In this document: positions 1-12,401 of the stretch, piece by piece
How positions within the stretch are numbered: the stretch's first letter is position 1
Layout: each line of letters begins with the position of its first letter
NCBI GenBank assembly: GCA_030704615.1
Contig: CM060734.1
Location: 20,646,001 to 20,710,000 of the forward strand
Source: Takakia lepidozioides
Lineage: Eukaryota > Plantae > Bryophyta
Length of the DNA: 64,000 nt
Direction: 5' to 3'
Program-made: the position numbers and the translations under genes
Notes under the pieces: generated by a model
The model's input: only the letters and a program-made list of their open reading frames with translations
Databases searched by the model: none
What the model was told of the DNA's origin: nothing

Positions 1-2
1 CG

Positions 3-899
3 GTGACGTTTCCCGACAAGCCAAAGTTAGTACCCCCTAGACTCATCCAATGTGTCAACGAGAGCTTCCTTGACGCTTTGGCTGCCAGGGCGAGGAAGGT
101 GGCACACACCAAGTCTCTGGAGGAGCTCAAGGGGAAAGCGAAGAAGAGGGCTACCGCTGTAGAGCCTAAAGACAGTACCCCAAGTTTCGAAGCCATGATG
201 GAATTCTTCACGGCTTGCAGCAGGGATTGTACGAGCACTCGGGGGGGGGGGGGGGCTTGCGGTGGAGAGAGCCTGCGATATAATTCTCCTCGATATCCAG
301 ATGGGGAGCTGCTGGAGGGCCTGGATGGTGTGCCCACCTGGAACAAGTTTACTAAGGACTACTGGAGAGCCGGGTTTGGGCTGACGGGGATGCTCCTGGA
401 TGACGGTGGATGTATGGTGGTCCCTGCCACAAGTGGGACGACAAAGAATGTTGTGGCAAGGTGGACACCGAAAAGTGCCACCCCGGTCCTCCTCAAAAAA
501 TGGTTCTGCATCAACACGCAGGGGTTACGAACAGAGGGCCAGAGTGTAAGTTATCAATCTATTGCTTTCACTTCATATCGTGGTGTATCTAAACTAAAGC
601 TTGGAGTTGATCATTTTTTTCTTGGATGTGCAAACATTGGTGTTTGAGGCATATTGTTTTGTGAAGAGAGGGTCTACGTTCAAATTCCGCAGCGACGGTC
701 GTCTTGTTGATGCCGCTGTGGACCCTCTTACCTACGATGTCCTCTACAACTATGTGCCGCACTCCAGTATGCCGGAAGGACATAAAGACAGGAAAACCGT
801 GGCGGTACAGCCGGACCCGGAGCCCTGCTTTCATCCAAACCCTCATGGAGACGTGTACCGATGTCCAAGGGCGGATTCTTGACCTCACATATGGCACGG
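3..899 (+). pseudogene. Beta-class DNA amino-methyltransferase (N6_N4_Mtase-like) domain, frameshifted copy A
   Basis: Joining frames gives CDIILLDI(P)DG (motif IV position; 1-bp loss near 297), WNKFTKDYWRAGFGLTGMLLDDGGCMVV, FEAYCFVK, DPLTYDVLYNYV and KPWRYSRTRSPAFIQTLMETCTDVQGRILDLTYGTG (motif X-I). A GT donor at 900 falls inside GTG. Homologous to 44640-45460. Confidence 0.75.
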
Positions 900-904
900 G
901 TAAC

Positions 905-1840
905 CAGACAACAAGAAGGAGCGTGGAGTTCACACATCAGGAGGGGGCGGGTAAAGCAGCCATGCAAATTGTTTACAGGTACCCACAGCCAGCGTTATAT
1001 GCAAAACCTGGGATATGAGGTGTGCCTGGGAAATGCGGCACCGCATTTGCACTTTGTGTTTTGGGTTGCACTCTGCGAAGACATTGTTCAAGAACTGTAC
1101 TGACGCATGTGGTGTGCATTGCAGGTATATGAAATACGTCCTACTTAAGATAGGGGCCCTGGAGCGCGAGCCCCCGTTCTTCATGGCTTGGAGCACTACG
1201 GGCGCAAGCTGTGTCTACACACCAGAGATTCAGAAACAATGGCATGCCTCGCATCTCGCTGGCTCCCCTGGTACCTGGACATGACGGGCGGAATTGTTGA
1301 TGAATCGGAGAAAGATCTGTACGCAAAAGCGGAGGAGAAGAGAAGGGAAAAACGTGTCCCTGGTGGGCTGGAAAAAGAAAATGACACTGCTGCTCTGGAA
1401 GAATCCAGAAAGGCAGCTGAGATGGCACAGAAGATGGTGGATGCGGCCTTGCAGGCTCAACAGAATGGGTCCAAGAAGAGGACCCGCCAGCAAGGAGCAG
1501 CGGTTGTGACTCCAAAGAAGACAAAGAAGCATAAACAGAAGGAGCTGGAAGAGGCTGAAGATGAGGGCTCAGATGGGGACTTTGTAACCAGCCCACCCCA
1601 AGAAACCCAGCTGAAATCCCCTGTGGCCACCGTTGATATGAAAGGCACGAGAACTGGCTCAGCAAAGAAGGCGCTCTTCAACCCCCCGGGGGGGCACCCG
1701 TTCGAGCCAGTGGAAACGAAGAGGCCGAAAGTGGAGCCAGAAACAAGAGTAGAGTGTGCCAATGAGAGTTTTTTGGCGGCATTGGATGGGCGGGCCACCA
1801 AGTTGGCACACATCAAGCAAATGGAGGGGCTGAAAGCTTT
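905..1840 (+). pseudogene. Middle exons (helical region and K/E-rich linker) of the ParB-MTase gene; intron 979-1124
   Basis: Closely similar to the reverse complement of about 45590-46515. The GT..AG intron with a TACTGAC branch site splices IVYR/YMKYVL in frame and contains the 22-bp palindrome at 1029-1050. Confidence 0.7.
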
Positions 1841-2390
1841 GTACCATGCCTGCAAGGCTGGTGCCAGATACCTGTTCGACATGGAAGGCGATGTGGGCAT
1901 TTTCACCAACGTCATTGCGGGTTTGCATGGAAGTTCGTCCTCACCCGCCCCCAAGGAGCCACCTTTGATTCTCGATGTCAGCGATCCCGACGACAAGGAT
2001 CTGGATGACATTTTTTCCGTAAGTAAGTTCATGCTTCCAAGATTCTGCTGACCTACAGGCTGCACAATGTTCATTTTTGCTGCTCGTCAGTGTCTGATTC
2101 CACAACTGTCATTTTTTTGTTGCAGGAGTCCTTATCCTTCCAATGGGTCCCTCCCTGCCTATGTGCACAATGCTCTTATGAAGAGCCCTTCGCCATCTTA
2201 TCACCTCCTAGATGACGCAGAGGCAATCGCTCGGGAGCTTGCTTCCATGCACTCTCCCACATCTTCTCTTCGCAACTCCAGGACCACATTGTTGAATGCT
2301 AGGGCCAAGGTCTACATTGACGACATTGCCATGTTGTCTGAGGATAGCATTAATTCAATGAGTTGTGGCAGTACCTCCACATCTCTTTGA
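1841..2390 (+). pseudogene. 3' exons of a further diverged MTase copy (post-motif I helix, motif II, tail)
   Basis: YHACKAGARYLFDMEGDVGIF parallels ASMWAGxxxxxHVFAFEED. GTAAGT donor near 2019. The next exon ALMKSPSPSYHL parallels FLKSPVKDYSLP at about 44300. Confidence 0.5.
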
Positions 2391-2749
2391 TTTTGAACTT
2401 TACTTGTGGTACTTGTGGTTGGGTATCTCCCCCCAATATTAATATGGTGTGTGGTGTGTCATTCTCTCTCTGAATGCTAGTCTGTCCATTGTTGTGACTT
2501 ATCGTCGGTTTTTGGGAGCCATGAACAGGGGCTGCTATTTCATGAGCGGCATGAGCATGAGTGGAAAAAAAAAACATGAACGGACCATTGTGTGTCCACG
2601 GAAATAGGGTTACGAGGCACGGAAATAGGGTCATGTGAAGTTGGGAATGTGGCACCACTAGACTCGTCATAGCAATGAAATGCAACATTTTATTGCAAAT
2701 TTTGTGGCAAACCACATCTATACAAGTGTGTCCTAACTGTCATAGCCGG

Positions 2750-3547
2750 AATGGGCACTACTCTCATACACCCTCCGAGGAACTTGCCCCACCTTCCTCC
2801 TCATCCCCCTCATCCCCCTCATCCTCTAAGCTCTGAGATGCATCAATTCCACTATGCATCTCAAAAATATTGTCCTCTCCATGGGGGACTGTCCACCTCA
2901 CCTCCTGGGAATCTTCTGCCTCTTCTCCCCCACTTTCCTCAGCAGAATCCAGACAAATCTACGAGCCTGACGAGCTCTAATAGCTGTTGTCTCCTCCCTC
3001 ATCTTCATTTTGCCGAGGCTTGCCTCGTCTAAAATCTGCTGTACACGACTACGTTCGGAACACCTCCTAATGGACACCGAAGCAAGCCGGGCAGCATAAG
3101 TAGGAAGGATGTAGTCCCTTTCTGGACTGGGCATGAAATCCCCCTGGCAAAAAAAGGCACGTTTCCCCTGCCCATGAACTGCGGTGTAGACGTCCCTTCT
3201 GCAATACTTGGCATCCTGCAGTAAGAACAAATCCACTTCAAGAATGTCAATACCAACAGAAGCAGAAAGGGTCTTTCAATGAAATAAGAGAGCGAAGGGA
3301 GGTGCCTCACGAAATCAGGAGACAACTTACAATGCAACCACTCACTCGTAAACCGGGGGCTCCTCGGCCTCGATCCCAACTTGTACCTCCCCCTGCTCCT
3401 TCTCGGATTCTTCCTCATCCTCCGAGGATGCCTCTTCCTCTTTCGGCAGACGTTCAGCCGCTGCAAGTTCGGAGTTGTGGAGGGCAGTATCTGGCTCGAA
3501 GGCAAAGACATGTTTCTTGGACAATGTCCCAGCCCACATTGAAGCAC
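2750..3547 (-). pseudogene. 3' exons of the ParB-MTase gene (motif II exon, acidic tail, last exon)
   Basis: AG acceptor followed by (G)ASMWAGTLSKKHVFAFEPD...SSEDEEE. Next exon FFCQGDFMPSPERDYILPTYAARLA is homologous to 43967-44420. Confidence 0.65.
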
Positions 3548-3605
3548 CTGAGGGACAAAGCGGGGCGGTTAGTAGCATGCGGCATTCAATTGTAATCGGG
3601 CCACG

Positions 3606-4203
3606 TTCAACGAAGTGGAATTCGACCCTCGCATTTGCGAATCCCAGAGCTGGGAGATATTATGGTGGAGTTGGAGTTCAGTGAACCGACGCGCATGGTG
3701 ACGAGTTTCCGGGCAATTCTATGGGATTCTCTTTGGGTGAGACCCAGAACTGGACAACAATGGATACTTGTTGTGCGAGACAGACCTGGAAGACAAAATG
3801 TGCGTCTGTTCATGATGAGATGTTGTTGTGGGGAGCTAATGAGGTCTTACTACCATGCTTACACCCCACCTCCACAGTACTTCCTACCGGATCGGGCTGT
3901 TGAGAGTTGTTGACTCACTTTTCTGGGCCCGGAAATATATTACTGATTCTGAGGGATAATCGGAACAGGTTTGTATTGGACGTGCGCGAATATCACGACG
4001 AAGTTGAGGATCTCCCACCTGGCCTGGAATATCTGCATGTTTTCACAAACCTCACGAATATAGATGTGTTGTATCTTCATGTACGCCATCTCCATCCAAA
4101 TACCGGCAACGGTGACCAGACGAATACAGAGCCACCCCTCATTTTGGATATGTTCTTTAGCAACTCCGTCATTTGTGTTGTCGATATGAACACAGCGGGA
4201 TAG
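3606..4203 (+). pseudogene. Cys-rich ORF of unknown function associated with the ParB-MTase element (frameshift near 3905)
   Basis: RIPELGDIMVELEF...WILVVRDRPGRQNVRLFMMRCCCG...; the block 3606-5065 is directly repeated at about 50130-51510. Confidence 0.5.
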
Positions 4204-4561
4204 GCAGTTGAACGGGGAATTCTACAAGAGGAACATTCTTGGGGGTGTTTCATTGGTATAGGTCGGGGTGGTCCTGTACTCTTATGTTCTCCATTTGGGG
4301 AGAATCATTTTTTAGAGAGGACATATGCTCGGACTTATTCCCATATAGAATAAATAAAAGATTTTGGTGAAGTATGGATTCCTCCTGTGAATGATCATGT
4401 CCTCATGTCTTTTTTTAATAGTCCTTGTGGTAGTCATTTTCTGAATGAGGTCTGCAAATTTTTCAGTCGTCTGTAATCGGACTTCTTCCTGATTCAACAT
4501 GTGATTTCGTACTGTCTTTATTTTTTGAGCATTTCTTTCAGAATTTAGAAAAGAACATCCC

Positions 4562-4980
4562 GGACGGAATGCGGTGCCGCATTTCCATTCCACCATCTCT
4601 TAGGTGTCTCATGGGACCGCATTTCCATTCCTGCCTATCTTAGGTGTCACAGTCGATGGAAATGCGGCACTGTATTTCTGTTCCACCATGGCTTAGGTGT
4701 CTCATTGCACGGAAATGCATTGTCGTTCGACCATGTGCTAGTTGGTACAGTGGACGGAAATGCGGCACCACATTTCCGTCGGCTCTCTTGCCCGGACGGA
4801 ATTGCGACACCGCATTTCCATTCCAGCATTTGTTTTGTGTTACAGTGGACGGAAATGCGGTGCCGCATTTCCGTCCACACTCAGAGTATGGACGAGCTCC
4901 AACGAGAATGCGGCACCGCATTACCGTTCCGGTATATGCTTTGGGATGCTTTGTCTCCGATACAACGGAAATGCGGCCTC
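4562..4980. repeat. Array of the 22-bp palindrome GGAAATGCGG(CA/TG)CCGCATTTCC
   Basis: About 8-9 full or partial copies at roughly 4566, 4658, 4711, 4756, 4797, 4851, 4906 and 4968. Confidence 0.9.
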
Positions 4981-5844
4981 TCTTTAGGATCACAACTTGG
5001 TTATCTAACCGTTTTGACTAACATTCCTGGCACTTGTCAGTGCGCGAACGTTCATGTCTACCTCGAGAATATGGCAATATGCAGTCTTAGGGAAATCTGT
5101 CAGGAGATGTTATTGGTTCGCCGAATTCCCCATCATTGCCATATATCCCCAATATGGAATCGGAGCTCCCACCTTCATGCATGTATCTTGAAACTTTATA
5201 CGGGTCTTCAAAGTGCAACTTCCAATCGTCAATGGCCTCCGCAGTTCGAAGTACGCGGTGCCACTGAGCCTTCGTCTCTCACTATACAGAATCTCGCATC
5301 TGCCAACTTCGACCGGGTGTTCGATGGCTCCCAATTCCCACACTATAGTGTGTTGTTCTCCACAACTTGGGAGAGCAAGGATCCCAAACGAGGGAGGACT
5401 TTGCCGAGTGACGGAGACTTACCTTTGTTCCAAATTTAAGCTCAAACCAGGCACAATGTATTTGGAAGAAGAAAGGAAGGATGTCCCTGGACAGGTTGAT
5501 GAGACCATTGTGGTGCTACATACCGACAGAGGTTGCGGAATCGAGTGGCACGTACCCCCATCAGACACCATTTTGTATCGCGCTGTTGAAATTCCCATTC
5601 CGTACCCAAATTAGTCGCTGCCCACACCATCCACAAAGGAGTCGGGAAACCGACAGGCGGCCACTGCCACCAGAGAGGTATGCAACGATAATCATTCCCG
5701 ACCTGGACCGTCAAGACCCTCCATCGCTTCTCATGTGGAGGTATTCGACATTTCCGACGAGGAAGATGAGTGCATGGAAGTCCCCATGTCCTCCACACGG
5801 TTGTTCAAATCACCTTGGCAGTCATGTTGTACGTGGAGGTGATA

Positions 5845-6440
5845 CAGCGGAAGCAGGAAAACATCATGACACCTAGACTAGACTATCTTATGCTTGGTCT
5901 TCCTCTTAGTTGTTCCCTTCTACCTCTATGATTCATTCCCCAGCCACTGGCCGATGTTCAGTAAAGATATCTTGACCCCACTCCGGGTTCTCGTCGATGG
6001 CACCCGCACCCCGTTATCTCATCGGATCTGGATCATCACTATCACGCTTCGTTATCAATGACATATGCCTTGTATCCTAAGATGGTTATACCTCACTAAG
6101 TCCCTTAATATTACATGACATATTCTCTCGGTACTGATTGTGTACAACTGTAGTGTTCCTCTCTTGGTTTTTTCTCTATCTCTCCAGCCTCCCTCTATCA
6201 ATTCAGCCCATTGCTATCACTCCGTTACATCCCTCTTCCTACACTTGAGCTTCCCGTTCGTGTGGCTCACTCACTGCGTATCAGCGTCACAGTGAGCTAA
6301 AACCAAGTTGGCATGATGGCCTTCAGTCAAACATGAGTTCTCACACTTCACTTCCATAATATGAACTTCCTTTCTCTCTCTTAACAATGGATTGTAAATG
6401 ATCGAGACATGAGCTTTGTACTTCTGCTGAATCTCTACCG
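5845..6440. repeat. Dispersed repeat (LTR-like fragment), diverged direct copy of about 54580-55180
   Basis: Shared blocks such as GGAAGCAGGAAAAC-TCATGACACCTAGACT and CAGTAAAGATATCTTGACCCCACTCCGGGTTCTCG. Confidence 0.7.
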
Positions 6441-8559
6441 TCCCTGGACAACCGTTTAGGCATTTTTGCGCCTAATAATTATTTAAACCAAACAGACTGC
6501 TTAGGCACGTTTCTCAAACTATTTCTCACATTAGGCATCTTCATGCTATAAGTTTTGAGAATTAGACACATGAGAAGATAAAACATTTCTTTTCTCAAGA
6601 ATAAATTACAAAATAGAAACCCAATGCCCATGGGCCCTTCCAGGCTCCAACTACCGTTCAGGAATTTTTAGGTATTAGGCACTTTGATCCCATAGTTTCC
6701 GAATAATTAGGCCAAAATCTGAAAAATTCCCAGAATGCGTTGGGCACTTTCATTTTGAATTAATTATCGCCTAACCGTTGTCCAAGGATGTTAACATTAT
6801 AATAATTTGTCCTAACACATAGGACAAGCCTGGATAACAAGATTTGAGCCTTACACCACTAGAGTTGCACAAAGTGCAAAAGGTTTGAAGAAATTCAAAA
6901 AGTTGCTTAAAACCGGGTTAGGGTTAGGGGGGCGTGTTCAGCCGTGAACAGAGCCTGGTGCCCGACTTAGCATTCTCTGTCTCCTGCGCTTTTCTAATAA
7001 TTATCGAGTCTGATGAGAGACCACAAGTAGGAGCTGGGCGGAGGTGCATGGTTGCATCGCCAAAGCTGGAATTGTACTAGATGTGATTCTGAAGGACATG
7101 TATGCAAAATGTGGGTGCATCGAGGATGCGGAAGGAGTGTTCCACAAACGAGGGGATGCTCTGGTCAGTCAAGAAGGAAGGCCGCTGAGTAGTTAGGGTT
7201 TCGGGCTCAGTGCAGCATGGAGTAGGAGCACGGACCAGAGCTAGCATGAGTTTTTGAAAGATCTGAAATGTTGGTGGGACAACCGCAATTGCAAGGTGTG
7301 GCTTTTAATTGTCTCAATGTACGATGTGAAGAAGTTTGTCCATCCTGCAAATGTGGGCTCTTGGCTCCTGTTAGTACCATGCTTTGGTATTATTCCTGAT
7401 GTTTACAAGGTTCTTGGAAGAGTCAGCTTGGTCTTAGCAGGCCGTGCTTCAATTTCTGCCCGCTCAGCTGCACCTTGGTGGTTCTCACAGACCAATCTGA
7501 CATTACCTGACTACATACACAAGCAGCACACACAAGAGGTTCTCTTAGGTTCATGGTCAGTCAAATCCTCCATGGGTCATGACACAAGGTCGAGGACAAT
7601 GTGGTGAGGGCACCTTCTTCGACCTATTTCAGCCTGTTTTGCCCTCACATCAGACTCGGTTGTGAATTTGCAGCACGGAGCAGAGCTGGCATGAGTTTTT
7701 AAAAGATCCTTCACGATGGTGGGACAACCGCAATCGCAAGGTGTGGCTTTCTCTTAATGTACGATGTGAATAAGTTTGTCCATCCTGCAAATGTGGGCTC
7801 TTGGCTCCTGTTAATACCATGATTTGGTATTCTTCCTCATGTTTACAAGGTTCTTGGGAGAGTCAGCTTGGTCTTAGCAGTCCGTGTTTCAATCTTTGTA
7901 ATCCAGTAGGCATTCACCTTTCCGTCTCCATTAAGCAGATGCAATTCAGAATTGGAAGTACTGAAGTAGGGTTGGTGTGTTTGCTGGAAGAACTTCACGC
8001 CGTCAATGTTAGCTGCTAGCAGCAAGGCTGAGGCCAATGTATTCATGATTTGAACACAGACAGGGATAGCTGAAGGACCAGGGATAGAGGTGCAGATTCA
8101 TCCAAGAGAGCGCCCGGATTTCAAACACAAGATTACCTCTGATTCCCTGTGGATCAATAGCTACAAGAAAATCTGTGTGGGTAGATGGTCAACTGGAAAC
8201 AGCAGCGGCAACAACACAATTGATAGAACTAGGCACCGGTAACGGAGGCACCTTCTTCAGTACATTTCAGCCTGTTTTCTCAGAGTTGTCCCTAATTTTT
8301 CATGTTGAATTCTGCAAGTTAGCTCTTGGTGGATCTATGGTACTGGTGGTTTTGAAGTGATTTTGACATGTTACTGCCTATGTGGCAACAGGAAAGTATT
8401 GAAAACAGATACAGAAACGAGGAGAAGCTCTGGAATGAAGGAGCAGGGATAGAGTGTGGGTCAAGATTCGCAGGAGCGGGCTGGATTTCAAGCTCCAGAT
8501 TACCTATGATTCCCTGTGAATCAATAGCTACAAGAAACCTGCATGGGTAGATGGTCAAC

Positions 8560-11500
8560 TAAAGAAAGGCCTGGAAGCTGGAAAGCAGGTGCACACTCAC
8601 ATTGTCCAAAGTGGATTCACGCCGAACGTTTTTCTACTCAACACCCTTGTCAACATATATGTTAAGGGGAGCATCATGGATGATCACCAATTGTTCAACA
8701 CAGAATGCCTCAACGATCTTTGATCACGTGGAATATAATGTTGGCAGGATTTACCAAGCATGGGCGTGGTATGAATGCCTTGGAGACCTGTGAGCAAATG
8801 AGGCACGGAAGGGGTGAAGCCCAACCACATCACTTTTGTTTGTGTTTGCAATGCGTGTGCAAGCCTAGAAAAGGGGAAAGATGTCCATGGTGACATCGGT
8901 CAAAGCTGGAATTGCACCAAATGTCATTCTGAACACTGCTTTGACCTGGACATGTATGCCAAATGTGGATGCATTGAGGATGCAAAGGGAGTTTTCGACA
9001 CTATGGCTGAACGAGATGTGGTGTCGTGGAGTGCGATGCCTGCAGGGTATGCACAGCAGGGACGTGGGATGGAGGCTTTGGAGACCTACGAGCAAATGAT
9101 GGGGGAAGGGGTGAAGCCCGGCTACATCATATTTGTGTGCATTTGCAATGCTTGTGCAAGCCTGGCAGCCCTGGAGAAGGGCAAAGAGGTGCATGGGGAT
9201 ATCATCAAAGCTGGAATTGTACCAAATGTCATTTTGAACACTGCCCTGGCAGCTCTGGAAAAGGGGAAAGAGGTCCATGGCGACATCTTCAGAGCTGGAA
9301 TTGTACCAAATGTCATTCTGAACCATACCCTGGTGGACATGTATGCAAAATGTGGGTGCATCGAGCCCTGGAGAAGGGCAAAGAGGTGCATGGGGATATC
9401 GTCAAAGCTGGAATTGTACCAATTGAAATGTCATTCTGAACACTGCCCTTGCAGCTCTGGAAAAGAGGAAAGAGGTCCATGGCGACATCTTCAGAGCTGG
9501 AATTGCACCAATGTCATTCTGAACCATACTCTGGTGGACATGTATATTGCAAAATGTGGGTGCATCGAGGATGCAAAGGGAGTTTTCGACATTATGGCTG
9601 AACAAGATGTGGTGTCGTGGAGTGCGATGCCTGCAGGGTATGCACAGCAGGGACGTGGGATGGAGGCTTTGGAGACCTTTGAGCAAATGATGAAGTTGAA
9701 TGCTTGCATGAAGAAAGATCCATTTCCCTTGCCATTCACAGAAGCAGTATTGGACACTGTGGCAGGCCATGAGATGTACTCATTCATGGATGGCTTCAGT
9801 GGTTATAATCAAGTGCAAGTGGCAGAAGAAGACCAGGGAAAGACAGCTTTCATCACAGGGGGAAGGGGTGAAGCCCGGCCACATCATGTTTGTGTGCATT
9901 TGCAATGCTTGTGCAAGCCTGGCAGCCCTGGAGAAGGGCAAAGAGGTGCATGGGGATATCATCAAAGCTAAATTGTACCAAATGTTATTCTGAACACTGC
10001 CCTGGCAGCTCTGGAAAAGGGGAAAGAGGTCCATGGCGACATCTTCAAAGCTGCAATTGTACCAAATGTCATTCTGAACCATACCCTAGTGGACATGTAT
10101 GCAAAATGTGGGTGCATCCAGCCCTGGACAGGGGCAAAGAGGTGCATGAGGATATCATCAAAGCTGGAATTGTACCAAATATCATTCTGAACACTGCCCT
10201 GGACATGTATGCAAAATGTGGGTGCATCGAGCCCTGGAGAAGGGCAAAGAGGTGCATGGGGATATCGTCAAAGCTGGAATTGTACCAAATGTCATTATGA
10301 ACATTGCCTTGGCAGCTCTGGAAAAGGGCAAAGAGGTCCATGGCGACATTATCAGAGCTGCAATTGTACCAAATGTCATTCTGAACAATACCCTCATAGA
10401 CATGTATGAAGGGAGTGTTTGACAGTATGGCTGAACGAGATGTGCTGTTGTGGAGTGCGAAGATTGCAAGATATGCACAGCAAGGGCGCGGGATGGAGGC
10501 TTTGGAGACCTATGAGCAAATGATCTGCGAAGGGGTGAAGCCCAACCACGTCACATTTGTGTGCGTTTGCAGTGTGTGTGTGCAAGTCTGGCAGCCCTGG
10601 AAAAGGGCAAAGAGGTCCATGGTGACATTGTCAAAGCTGGAATTGTACCCAATGTCATTCTGAACTCTGCCCTGGTGGACATGTATGCCAAATGTGGGAG
10701 CATTGAGGATGCGAAAAGAGTGTTCAACACTATGGCTGAACGAGATGTGGTGTCGTGGAACGCGATGCTTGCAGGGTATGCACAGCAGGGGCGCGGGATG
10801 GATGCCTTGGAGACGTATGAGCAATTAATGGGGGAAGGGTGAAGTGCAACCACATCACGTTTGTGTGCGTTTGCAATGCTTGTGCAAGCCTAGCAGCCCT
10901 GGAAAAGGGCAAAGAGGTGCATGGTGACATCGTCAAAGCTGGAATTGTACCAGATGTGATTCTGAACAATACCCTCGTGGACATGTATGTCAAATGTGGG
11001 TCCATCGAGGATACAAAGGCAATGTTTGATAAGATGGATGCACAAGATGTGGTATCATGGAACGCGGTGATCGCAGGATATGCCTAGCAGGGTCACGGGA
11101 TTGAGGCTTTGAATACCTATGAGCAAATGATGGGCGAAGGGTACCACCGACAGTTTGGAGGCTGTGATGGTTGCATATGTGTGGGGAAAAAGAAGCGAAG
11201 GGATAGAGTGTGGCCAGATTTCAAGCACAAGATTACTTATGATTCCCTGTGGATCAATAGCTACTAGCAACCTGCATGGGTAGATGGTCAACTGGAAGCT
11301 GCAGCAGCAGCAACACAATTGATAAATTTAGACACTGCTAATGAAGGCACCTTCAACACATTTCACCCTGTTATTAGAATCAGCCCTGAATTTTCAAGTT
11401 GAATTTTGCAAGTTAACTGGTTGAGTGAACCTTTGATAGTTTGGAGTGACTGACTGATACTGCCAGTGTGACAACATGAAAGTATCCAGAAATAGGTAAC

Positions 11501-11992
11501 AGAGACAAGGAGACCAGGAGCTGTGGAATGAATACTTTTCTGAATGCAAAATGTGGGAGGGTAGAAGATGCATGTCGACTATTTGACAAGATGGCTCAGC
11601 GAAATGTGGTCTCATGGAATGCAATGATTGCAGGATATGGTCAACATGGGTGCAGTAGGGAAGCTTTCAAGACCTACGAGCGCATGATACAGGAAGGAGT
11701 GGGGCCCGACAAGGTCACATTCATTTCTGTTCTCAATGTGTGCGCCAGCCTGGCAGCCCTCCATAAGGGTATACAGGTCCATGCTGACATCATGAAAGCC
11801 GGGATTCTCCCAGATGTGATTCTGGACACTGCACTTCTTGACATGTATGCAAAATGTGGTTTTGTTAAGGGTGCACGTCGAGTGTTTGACAATATGCACG
11901 AACGTAATTTGGTGTCATGGAACACAATGATCGCAGGATATGCTCAGCATGGGTGTGCGATGGAAGCACTGTACCTATTTGAGCAGATGTAA
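8560..11992 (+). pseudogene. Scrambled PLS-class pentatricopeptide repeat (PPR) array
   Basis: Repeated P/L/S motifs (DVVSWNAMLAGYAQQGRGMEALETYEQM, PNHITFVCVCNACASLAALEKGKEVHGDIVKAG, NTLVDMYAKCGSIEDAKRVF) with frameshifts, stops and partial-motif duplications. Confidence 0.92.
9692..9857 (+). mobile_element. Isolated Ty3/Gypsy reverse transcriptase fragment inserted in a PPR motif
   Basis: KLNACMKKDPFPLPFTEAVLDTVAGHEMYSFMDGFSGYNQVQVAEEDQGKTAFIT. The flanks rejoin to GAGCAAATGAT-GGGGGAAGGGGTGAAGCCCGG, as in the intact motif at about 9090-9120. Confidence 0.85.
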
Positions 11993-12115
11993 GAGGAAGG
12001 CTTGAAGCTGCAAAGAGAATGCATTAGCTCAAGAGAAACAGAATATAACACGTTTTGAAGGTGGAATTGGCAAGTAGCAAGAGAACGAACAAGAGTGAGG
12101 GATAGGAATGGGAAC

Positions 12116-12401
12116 CTGTGCCCATAGACAAATCAATAACACGGCTGCCAGTGAAGCTGCAACACCCTATTATAGTTTGAATGAAAGCCGGGCTTTTCTC
12201 TCGTGCCTCTCTCTAAGGAACTCCATTTGCCCTCCTCAAGCACATGTTAGAGTCGACATAGTTGAAGAGCATGTCGTCCACTAGAGGGTCAGTCTTCTGA
12301 TCAATGAAGCGCCCACCAGCATGAATTTTGAACTCCTCAACAGAGGCACGAGTGGATGGAGGATGCACTCTGACAAGAGAAATGAACTCAGATAGTCGAG
12401 T
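12116..12401 (-). pseudogene. Exon of another beta-class MTase subfamily (motifs X-I)
   Basis: DPLVDDMLFNYV...GVP*REAREKSPAFIQTIIGCCSFTGSRVIDLSMGT(G), bounded by a CAG acceptor and the same phase-1 GT donor as the other copies. Confidence 0.7.

Larger units (their letters stand above)
6800..11992 (+). mobile_element. Internal part of a Pack-CACTA family copy (leader segment, exon-like repeats, PPR cargo); termini lost
   Basis: Leader 6810-7040 is homologous to 32720-33040 (inside the TIR-bounded CACTA) and to the reverse complement of 19200-19390. Repeat modules are shared with 33280-33700 and 35330-40100. Confidence 0.6.

Noticed and set aside
3-899. Bacterial or phage contamination as the source of the ParB/MTase sequences
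   Set aside because: Conserved spliceosomal introns, multiple decayed copies and interleaving with plant transposons argue against it.
6915-6930. Telomeric repeat GGGTTAGGGTTAGGG
   Set aside because: Only two units; at most a telo-box-like motif.
8814-9971. Functional 385-aa PPR or PPR-RT fusion gene
   Set aside because: The ORF drifts out of the PPR frame, has truncated motifs and contains only a 55-aa RT shard.
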